31,864 nucleotides of DNA from Eledone cirrhosa (Eukaryota): assembly GCA_964016885.1 (NCBI GenBank), contig CAXHJY010001522.1, forward strand, positions 1 through 31,864. The letters are read 5' to 3'. Under the pieces are notes generated by a model. It made no database searches. It was given only the letters and a program-made list of their open reading frames with translations, and was not told where the DNA came from. A program made the translations under genes and the position numbers. Positions 18,548-29,149 of this stretch are shown piece after piece; position 1 is the first letter of the stretch; each line of letters opens with the position of its first letter.

Positions 18548-21500
18548 CGTCGTCGGATCGATGTGTAATTACAGGTACATGTGCGGACACTCATTGGCTG
18601 TGCGTGGTATGAATTTCAGCAAGATATCTCCGTAACATCAAGAGTTGTCGCTGTGGAGGCACACCTAGTCAAACGTAAACAAAATCGCGAAGCGTAAACG
18701 CTCCAGACCTTGTTTACGTTTGACTAGGTGTGCCTCCACAGCCATAACTCTTGATGTTACGGAGATATCTTAGTGAAATGCATACCACGCACAGCCAATG
18801 AGTGTCCGCACATGTACTTCTAATTACACATCGATCCGTCAACATCCGGCCGGCCCACGATCGACGCACAGGGCCGAATGGCCCGTTTTCAGTGAATTTT
18901 CACCGGAATCGATCTGTAATTACTGGTACATGTGCGGACACACATTTGCTGTGTGTGGTGTGATTTTCAAGAAAAACTGCCCATGCTAAATGAGGAAGCT
19001 GAAGTCCGCCGGCGAATGGTGTGCTTCGAAGAAAACTAATTCGAAAATGACCGTTTGCAGGCGGAGTAACCTTTTCGATCGTGGGCCAGCCGCCCGTGGT
19101 GGGATCCATCTGTAATTACTGGTACATGTGCGGACACTCATTGGCTGTGTGTGGTGTGATTTTCGAGAAAAACTGCCCATGCTAAATGAATTCCGCCGGC
19201 GAATGGTGTGCTTCGGAGTAACCTTTTCGATCGTGGGCCGGCCGCCCGTGGTGGGATCCATCTGTAATTACTGGTACATGTGCAGACACTCATTGGGAGT
19301 GTGTGGTGTGATTTTCAGAAAGATATCTCCGATATATCAATAGTTAGCTAACCGAGTGAATTCCATTTTAGACTTTCAGATCGACCTGAAACCATACCTT
19401 TCAACCCGATCTGATAGCCAAAATTCTTTGGCGAAATCAGATTTAAAACTGGGTTTTTCGGAATTTCTTTATGAAAATCACACCACACATAGACAAGGGC
19501 CTTGCGAACACGATGCACATATGTCCGAATCGATCCGACAAGATCCGGCCGGCCCACGATCGAAATGGCAATCTCCGCCGGCGATCCGTTATTTTCCGAG
19601 AAGATTTCGACACAAATTTTTTTCACCACACATGCACAATGGCCTTCCGAACATGGTCCACAAATTTCCGATCGATCCGGCAAGATCCGGCCGGACCAGG
19701 ACCGAAAAGGTGATTCCGCCGGCAAATAGTCATTTTCGAATTAGTTTTCTTCGAAGCACACCATTCGCCGGCGGACTTCAGCTTCCTCATTTAGCATGGG
19801 CAGTCTTTCTCGAAAATCACACCACACACAGCAAATGTGTGTCCGCACATGTACCAGTAATTACAGATGTATCCCACCACGGGCGGCTGGCCCACGATCG
19901 AAAAGGTTACTCCGCCTGCAAACGGTCATTTTCGAATTAGTTTTCTTCGAAGCACACCATTCGCCGGCGGACTTCAGCTTCCTCATTTAGCATGGGCAGT
20001 TTTTCGTGAAAATCACACCACACACAGCAAATGTGTGTCCGCACATGTACCAGTAATTACAGATCGATTCCGGTGAAAATTCACTGAAAACGGGCCATCC
20101 GGCCCTGTGCGTCGATCGTGGGCCGGCCGGATGTTGACGGATCGATGTGTAATTAGAAGTACATGTGCGGACACTCATTGGCTGTGCGTGGTATGCATTT
20201 CAGCAAGATATCTCCGTAACATCAAGAGTTGTGGCTGTGGAGGCACACCTAGTCAAACGTAAACAAAATCGCGAAGCGTATACGCTCCAGAGCTTGTTTA
20301 CGTTTGACTAGGTGTGCCTCCACAGCCATAACTCTTGATGTTACGGAGATATCTTGCTGAAATGCATACCACGCACAGCCAATGAGTGTCCGCACATGTA
20401 CTTCTAATTACACATCGATCCGTCAACATCCGGCCGGCCCACGATCGACGCACAGGGCAGAATGGCCCGTTTTCAGTGAATTTTCACCGGAATCGATCTG
20501 TAATTACTGGTACATGTGCGGACACACATTTGCTGTGTGTGGTGTGATTTTCGAGAAAAACTGCCCATGCTAAATGAGGAAGCTGAAGTCCGCCGGCGAA
20601 TGGTGTGCTTCGAAGAAAACTAATTCGAAAATGACCGTTTGCAGGCGGAGTAACCTTTTCGATCGTGGGCCAGCCGCCCGTGGTGGGATCCATCTGTAAT
20701 TACTGGTACATGTGCGGACACTCATTGGCTGTGTGTGGTGTGATTTTCGAGAAAAACTGCCCATGCTAAATGAATTCCGCCGGCGAATGGTGTGCTTCGG
20801 AGTAACCTTTTCGATCGTGGGCCGGCCGCCCGTGGTGGGATCCATCTGTAATTACTGGTACATGTGCAGACACTCATTGGGAGTGTGTGGTGTGATTTTC
20901 AGAAAGATATCTCCGATATATCAATAGTTAGCTAACCGAGTGAATTCCATTTTAGACTTTCAGATCGACCTGAAACCATACCTTTCAACCCGATCTGATA
21001 GCCAAAATTCTTTGGCGAAATCAGATTTAAAACTGGGTTTTTCGGAATTTCTTTATGAAAATCACACCACACATAGACAAGGGCCTTGCGAACACGATGC
21101 ACATATGTCCGAATCGATCCGACAAGATCCGGCCGGCCCACGATCGAAATGGCAATCTCCGCCGGCGATCCGTTATTTTCCGAGAAGATTTCGACACAAA
21201 TTTTTTTCACCACACATGCACAATGGCCTTCCGAACATGGTCCACAAATTTCCGATCGATCCGGCAAGATCCGGCCGGACCAGGACCGAAAAGGTGATTC
21301 CGCCGGCAAATAGTCATTTTCGAATTAGTTTTCTTCGAAGCACACCATTCGCCGGCGGACTTCAGCTTCCTCATTTAGCATGGGCAGTCTTTCTCGAAAA
21401 TCACACCACACACAGCAAATGTGTGTCCGCACATGTACCAGTAATTACAGATGTATCCCACCACGGGCGGCTGGCCCACGATCGAAAAGGTTACTCCGCC

Positions 21501-24500
21501 TGCAAACGGTCATTTTCGAATTAGTTTTCTTCGAAGCACACCATTCGCCGGCGGACTTCAGCTTCCTCATTTAGCATGGGCAGTTTTTCGTGAAAATCAC
21601 ACCACACACAGCAAATGTGTGTCCGCACATGTACCAGTAATTACAGATCGATTCCGGTGAAAATTCACTGAAAACGGGCCATCCGGCCCTGTGCGTCGAT
21701 CGTGGGCCGGCCGGATGTTGACGGATCGATGTGTAATTAGAGGTACATGTGCGGACACTCATTGGCTGTGCGTGGAATGCATTTCAGCAAGATATCTCCG
21801 TAACATCAAGAGTTGTGGCTGTGGAGGCACACCTAGTCAAACGTAAACAAAATCGCGAAGCGTATACGCTCCAGAGCTTGTTTACGTTTGACTAGGTGTG
21901 CCTCCACAGCCATAACTCTTGATGTTACGGAGATATCTTGCTGAAATGCATACCACGCACAGCCAATGAGTGTCCGCACATGTACTTCTAATTACACATC
22001 GATCCGTCAACATCCGGCCGGCCCACGATCGACGCACAGGGCAGAATGGCCCGTTTTCAGTGAATTTTCACCGGAATCGATCTGTAATTACTGGTACATG
22101 TGCGGACACACATTTGCTGTGTGTGGTGTGATTTTCGAGAAAAACTGCCCATGCTAAATGAGGAAGCTGAAGTCCGCCGGCGAATGGTGTGCTTCGAAGA
22201 AAACTAATTCGAAAATGACCGTTTGCAGGCGGAGTAACCTTTTCGATCGTGGGCCAGCCGCCCGTGGTGGGATCCATCTGTAATTACTGGTACATGTGCG
22301 GACACTCATTGGCTGTGTGTGGTGTGATTTTCGAGAAAAACTGCCCATGCTAAATGAATTCCGCCGGCGAATGGTTTGCTTCGGAGTAACCTTTTCGATC
22401 GTGGGCCGGCCGCCCGTGGTGGGATCCATCTGTAATTACTGGTACATGTGCAGACACTCATTGGGAGTGTGTGGTGTGATTTTCAGAAAGATATCTCCGA
22501 TATATCAATAGTTAGCTAACCGAGTGAATTCCATTTTAGACTTTCAGATCGACCTGAAACCATACCTTTCAACCCGATCTGATAGCCAAAATTCTTTGGC
22601 GAAATCAGATTTAAAACTGGGTTTTTCGGAATTTCTTTATGAAAATCACACCACACATAGACAAGGGCCTTGCGAACACGATGCACATATGTCCGAATCG
22701 ATCCGACAAGATCCGGCCGGCCCACGATCGAAATGGCAATCTCCGCCGGCGATCCGTTATTTTCCGAGAAGATTTCGACACAAATTCTTTTCACCACACA
22801 TGCACAATGGCCTTCCGAACATGGTCCACAAATTTCCGATCGATCCGGCAAGATCCGGCCGGACCAGGACCGAAAAGGTGATTCCGCCGGCAAATAGTCA
22901 TTTTCGAATTAGTTTTCTTCGAAGCACACCATTCGCCGGCGGACTTCAGCTTCCTCATTTAGCATGGGCAGTCTTTCTCGAAAATCACACCACACACAGC
23001 AAATGTGTGTCCGCACATGTACCAGTAATTACAGATGTATCCCACCACGGGCGGCTGGCCCACGATCGAAAAGGTTACTCCGCCTGCAAACGGTCATTTT
23101 CGAATTAGTTTTCTTCGAAGCACACCATTCGCCGGCGGACTTCAGCTTCCTCATTTAGCATGGGCAGTTTTTCGTGAAAATCACACCACACACAGCAAAT
23201 GTGTGTCCGCACATGTACCAGTAATTACAGATCGATTCCGGTGAAAATTCACTGAAAACGGGCCATCCGGCCCTGTGCGTCGATCGTGGGCCGGCCGGAT
23301 GTTGACGGATCGATGTGTAATTAGAAGTACATGTGCGGACACTCATTGGCTGTGCGTGGTATGCATTTCAGCAAGATATCTCCGTAACATCAAGAGTTGT
23401 GGCTGTGGAGGCACACCTAGTCAAACGTAAACAAAATCGCGAAGCGTATACGCTCCAGAGCTTGTTTACGTTTGACTAGGTGTGCCTCCACAGCCATAAC
23501 TCTTGATGTTACGGAGATATCTTGCTGAAATGCATACCACGCACAGCCAATGAGTGTCCGCACATGTACTTCTAATTACACATCGATCCGTCAACATCCG
23601 GCCGGCCCACGATCGACGCACAGGGCAGAATGGCCCGTTTTCAGTGAATTTTCACCGGAATCGATCTGTAATTACTGGTACATGTGCGGACACACATTTG
23701 CTGTGTGTGGTGTGATTTTCGAGAAAAACTGCCCATGCTAAATGAGGAAGCTGAAGTCCGCCGGCGAATGGTGTGCTTCGAAGAAAACTAATTCGAAAAT
23801 GACCGTTTGCAGGCGGAGTAACCTTTTCGATCGTGGGCCAGCCGCCCGTGGTGGGATCCATCTGTAATTACTGGTACATGTGCGGACACTCATTGGCTGT
23901 GTGTGGTGTGATTTTCGAGAAAAACTGCCCATGCTAAATGAATTCCGCCGGCGAATGGTGTGCTTCGGAGTAACCTTTTCGATCGTGGGCCGGCCGCCCG
24001 TGGTGGGATCCATCTGTAATTACTGGTACATGTGCAGACACTCATTGGGAGTGTGTGGTGTGATTTTCAGAAAGATATCTCCGATATATCAATAGTTAGC
24101 TAACCGAGTGAATTCCATTTTAGACTTTCAGATCGACCTGAAACCATACCTTTCAACCCGATCTGATAGCCAAAATTCTTTGGCGAAATCAGATTTAAAA
24201 CTGGGTTTTTCGGAATTTCTTTATGAAAATCACACCACACATAGACAAGGGCCTTGCGAACACGATGCACATATGTCCGAATCGATCCGACAAGATCCGG
24301 CCGGCCCACGATCGAAATGGCAATCTCCGCCGGCGATCCGTTATTTTCCGAGAAGATTTCGACACAAATTTTTTTCACCACACATGCACAATGGCCTTCC
24401 GAACATGGTCCACAAATTTCCGATCGATCCGGCAAGATCCGGCCGGACCAGGACCGAAAAGGTGATTCCGCCGGCAAATAGTCATTTTCGAATTAGTTTT

Positions 24501-27134
24501 CTTCGAAGCACACCATTCGCCGGCGGACTTCAGCTTCCTCATTTAGCATGGGCAGTCTTTCTCGAAAATCACACCACACACAGCAAATGTGTGTCCGCAC
24601 ATGTACCAGTAATTACAGATGTATCCCACCACGGGCGGCTGGCCCACGATCGAAAAGGTTACTCCGCCTGCAAACGGTCATTTTCGAATTAGTTTTCTTC
24701 GAAGCACACCATTCGCCGGCGGACTTCAGCTTCCTCATTTAGCATGGGCAGTTTTTCGTGAAAATCACACCACACACAGCAAATGTGTGTCCGCACATGT
24801 ACCAGTAATTACAGATCGATTCCGGTGAAAATTCACTGAAAACGGGCCATCCGGCCCTGTGCGTCGATCGTGGGCCGGCCGGATGTTGACGGATCGATGT
24901 GTAATTAGAGGTACATGTGCGGACACTCATTGGCTGTGCGTGGAATGCATTTCAGCAAGATATCTCCGTAACATCAAGAGTTGTGGCTGTGGAGGCACAC
25001 CTAGTCAAACGTAAACAAAATCGCGAAGCGTATACGCTCCAGAGCTTGTTTACGTTTGACTAGGTGTGCCTCCACAGCCATAACTCTTGATGTTACGGAG
25101 ATATCTTGCTGAAATGCATACCACGCACAGCCAATGAGTGTCCGCACATGTACTTCTAATTACACATCGATCCGTCAACATCCGGCCGGCCCACGATCGA
25201 CGCACAGGGCAGAATGGCCCGTTTTCAGTGAATTTTCACCGGAATCGATCTGTAATTACTGGTACATGTGCGGACACACATTTGCTGTGTGTGGTGTGAT
25301 TTTCGAGAAAAACTGCCCATGCTAAATGAGGAAGCTGAAGTCCGCCGGCGAATGGTGTGCTTCGAAGAAAACTAATTCGAAAATGACCGTTTGCAGGCGG
25401 AGTAACCTTTTCGATCGTGGGCCAGCCGCCCGTGGTGGGATCCATCTGTAATTACTGGTACATGTGCGGACACTCATTGGCTGTGTGTGGTGTGATTTTC
25501 GAGAAAAACTGCCCATGCTAAATGAATTCCGCCGGCGAATGGTTTGCTTCGGAGTAACCTTTTCGATCGTGGGCCGGCCGCCCGTGGTGGGATCCATCTG
25601 TAATTACTGGTACATGTGCAGACACTCATTGGGAGTGTGTGGTGTGATTTTCAGAAAGATATCTCCGATATATCAATAGTTAGCTAACCGAGTGAATTCC
25701 ATTTTAGACTTTCAGATCGACCTGAAACCATACCTTTCAACCCGATCTGATAGCCAAAATTCTTTGGCGAAATCAGATTTAAAACTGGGTTTTTCGGAAT
25801 TTCTTTATGAAAATCACACCACACATAGACAAGGGCCTTGCGAACACGATGCACATATGTCCGAATCGATCCGACAAGATCCGGCCGGCCCACGATCGAA
25901 ATGGCAATCTCCGCCGGCGATCCGTTATTTTCCGAGAAGATTTCGACACAAATTCTTTTCACCACACATGCACAATGGCCTTCCGAACATGGTCCACAAA
26001 TTTCCGATCGATCCGGCAAGATCCGGCCGGACCAGGACCGAAAAGATGATTCCGCCGGCAAATAGTCATTTTCGAATTAGTTTTCTTCGAAGCACACCAT
26101 TCGCCGGCGGACTTCAGCTTCCTCATTTAGCATGGGCAGTCTTTCTCGAAAATCACACCACACACAGCAAATGTGTGTCCGCACATGTACCAGTAATTAC
26201 AGATGGATCCCACCACGGGCGGCTGGCCCACGATCGAAAAGGTTACCCCGCCTGCAAACGGTCATTTTCGAATTAGTTTTCTTCGAAGCACACCATTCGC
26301 CGGCGGACTTCAGCTTCCTCATTTAGCATGGGCAGTTCTTCTTGAAAATCACACCACACACAGCAAATGTATGTCCGCACATGTACCAGTAATTACAGAT
26401 GGATCCCACCACGGGCGGCTGGCCCACGATCGAAAAGGTTACTCCGCCTGCAAACGGTCATTTTCGAATTAGTTTTCTTCGAAGCACACCATTCGCCGGC
26501 GGACTTCAGCTTCCTCATTTAGCATGGGCAGTTTTTCTTGAAAATCACACCACACACAGCAAATGTGTCTCCGCACATGTACCAGTAATTACAGATCGAT
26601 TCCGGTGAAAATTCACTGAAAACGGGCCATCCGGCCCTGTGCGTCGATCGTGGGCCGGCCGGATGTTGACGGATCGATGTGTAATTAGAAGTACATGTGC
26701 GGACACTCATTGGCTGTGCGCGGTATGCATTTCAGCAAGATATCTCCGTAACATCAAGAGTTATGGCTGTGGAGGCACACCTAGTCAAACGTAAACAAAA
26801 TCGCGAAGCGTAAACGCTCCAGACCTTGTTTACGTTTGACTAGGTGTGCCTCCACAGCCATAACTCTTGATGTTACGGAGATATCTTGCTGAAATGCATA
26901 CCACGCACAGCCAATGAGTGTCCGCACATGTACTTCTAATTACACATCGATCCGTCAACATCCGGCCGGCCCACGATCGACGCACAGGGCCGGATGGCCC
27001 GTTTTCAGTGAATTTTCACCGGAATCGATCTGTAATTACTGGTACATGTGCGGACACACATTTGCTGTGTGTGGTGTGATTTTCAAGAAAAACTGCCCAT
27101 GCTAAATGAGGAAGCTGAAGTCCGGCGGCGAATG
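18548..27134. repeat. Macrosatellite of 1584-bp CpG-rich units, each with an ~1-kb palindrome (~5.4 units, 6 palindrome centres)
   Basis: Identical ORFs recur at 18798, 20382, 21966, 23550, 25134 (+1584) and 26914 (+1780). Mirror ORF pairs such as 19987..20178(-)/20382..20573(+) place symmetry centres at ~18696, 20280, 21864, 23448, 25032, 26812. Confidence 0.97.
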
Positions 27135-27350
27135 TAACTTAACCGCAACCTAACTTAACCCCAACTTAACTTAACCCCAACCTAACTTAACCCCAACCTA
27201 ACTTAACCCCAACTTAACTTAACCCCAACTTGACTTAACCCCAACTTAACTTAACCTCAACTTAACTTAACCCCAGCTTAACTTAACCCCCACTTAACTT
27301 AACCCCAACTCAACTTAACCTCAACTTAACTTAGCCCCAACTTAACTTAG
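27135..27350. repeat. 16-bp telomere-like minisatellite (CCCCAACTTAACTTAA)n, ~13 copies
   Basis: Directly visible; the reverse strand is (TTAAGTTAAGTTGGGG)n with TTAGG variants. Confidence 0.9.
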
Positions 27351-27557
27351 GATATTTAAAAAAAAAACAACCTAAGCATATATACGAACGGCGCTGCGGC
27401 TGATAAAAAAAGGAACACGCGCGTTTGTCCCGTCTCCGCCTGTTAGCCGTGCCTGGGACGATGAAAACCACCGCCGAGCGGACGACGGGCCCGGTCGAGA
27501 GAAGCGCTGTTTTCGGAAACCCGCTTCGAAAGCGAACCGGGAATGGTTCGTTTTCCG

Positions 27558-27617
27558 ACCGACCCCGTAAGGATGAAAGGCAAAGTTAACCTCCTCGGCG
27601 TGATTTGAACTCAGACC
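27558..27617 (-). mobile_element. SINE fragment
   Basis: CGACCCCGTAAGGATGAAAGGCAAAGTTAACCTC..CGGCGTGATTTGAACTCAGACC is nearly identical to 13400-13454. Confidence 0.85.
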
Positions 27618-27750
27618 CTAACAACTGATGCAGGTAGTTTGTTCCATGGAGGTTTTAAAAGATGCAGTGTCTCGACAGCTAACAACTGTTGCAGGTAGCT
27701 TGTTCCATGGAGGTTTTAAAGGATGCAGTGTCTCGACAGCTAAGAACTGA
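27618..27750 (-). repeat. 61-bp tandem repeat derived from the CR1 ORF2 3' end
   Basis: Reverse complement CATGGAACAAACTACCTGCATCAGTTGTTAGCTGTCGAGACACTGCATCTTTTAAAAC matches 10809-10868; unit starts at 27618, 27679, 27740. Confidence 0.85.
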
Positions 27751-27843
27751 TTAAATTGTATCATCATAAGTAATAGATAAAATTTAAAGGGAAATAACTC
27801 CGTAAAAAAAAAAAGACGAGGTTATCTCCCTTTGTTATTGCAC

Positions 27844-27903
27844 AGTTAACTTTGCCTTTCATCCTTATGGGGGTCGATAAAATAAAGTACCAGTAATACA
27901 CTG
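27844..27903 (+). mobile_element. SINE fragment
   Basis: AGTTAACTTTGCCTTTCATCCTTATGGGGGTCGATAAAATAAAGTACCAGTAATACACTG, same family as above. Confidence 0.85.
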
Positions 27904-27904
27904 G

Positions 27905-28035
27905 CTGGTGAACCCGCTATATCGCGGTTCACTTTTCGCGGATATTTCTTTGGAACGTATCTAATTTCCTATCGCGGTAATCCTCGCCACATCGCGGATT
28001 ATTCGTTAGAACATATCTAGTTACTTATCGCGGTA
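27905..28035 (+). mobile_element. Probable pogo/Tigger-type terminal region
   Basis: GTGAACCCGCTATATCGCGGTTCACTTTTCGCGG with further iterated ATCGCGG motifs resembles pogo/Tigger TIRs as recalled; no partner TIR seen. Confidence 0.5.
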
Positions 28036-29149
28036 CGTCTGAATAAAAAGTGTTTAAAATTTAAACTTATTAAATAAGTTTCAATGTTATTAAAGTGTAT
28101 ATCGTAAGGAAGGAAGGAACGAAGGAAGGAAGGAAGGAAGGGAGGGAGGGAGGGACATCTTAAGGCTTTAATTATAAACAAATGTTTATATTATTCATTC
28201 CATTACTGTCTTGCTGATTGTGTTTTGATCTAATCTACTACAAAACCTTCATAGATTGACGGGAGATTTGCAGTGTATTACCAAGTGGCTACGGTGCAAC
28301 CCATTTAAACTGATTATTGAAAATATAAGTGGCCCTTAAAAGGGCCGGTGTTGAAACAATTCATGGTTATCAAATTAAGAAAACAAATTTGTATCACACA
28401 CAGACACACACACAAAACAGATTGATTACTTTCTCGCGATCGAAGCGGGAAGGCGTGGACGAATAAAGGAACGTTTGCCGGGTTCGAGGCGGAAGACGGA
28501 AGGCGTCGTGTATACACGCCGTCTTGCCGCCTGTCTTTCCCGGGAGCGACTCGCAAAAGTATGGGTCGGCGGCAGAACCGCCTAGACGGCGGATTGGATT
28601 TCTTTCCGCAGTCTACACACAAAACTTACTTGGAAGACGGATAGGCGGCTTGTATCACATACAGACACACACACAAGCTGTGTACACGTAAAACAACGAA
28701 CCGATCGATCGGCGGCGTCTAACTTTTCTTTTCTTCTCCCTTTCTGGCGCCACGTGGGCGGATTGTATCGTTCGTCAGAAAACTCTCAATAGATTGCAGT
28801 GTGGTAGCTGCTCTACTAAGCACGTAACTCCGAACAATTTGATCACTTTAGTCTCTATCTCTTTCAGGAAATCGAATGGACGACGACGACGACGAATCGT
28901 CGTAGTCGTCACAGAATGGCATTTCCGCTGACGCTGCCGCCGTCGGCGAACGGACGGCAATCGCCAAACTAAGGCATGGGCCTTAAGAAGGTCGAGACGC
29001 TTGTCGAAAAACAACTCGGGTCCGGCTAGGGTTCCGGCTTAGAGGAGGCGTTCAGCCGTTATCGCTCAGAGGCAGCCTAGCAAACCGTTGCTCTGATCCC
29101 GCGATACTCTCGTACTCGACGGGATAGCCGTAGCCGAGTTGATGTCGAT

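Noticed and set aside
18798-27105. Repeated 63-194 aa ORFs as a tandem gene cluster
   Set aside because: ORFs occur in multiple frames on both strands, mirror each other because of the palindromes, and show no recognisable domain.
18548-27134. rDNA, 5S, snRNA or histone tandem unit
   Set aside because: No recognisable rRNA, snRNA, tRNA or histone sequence in the 1584-bp unit by eye; an Rfam/Infernal scan would be the formal test.
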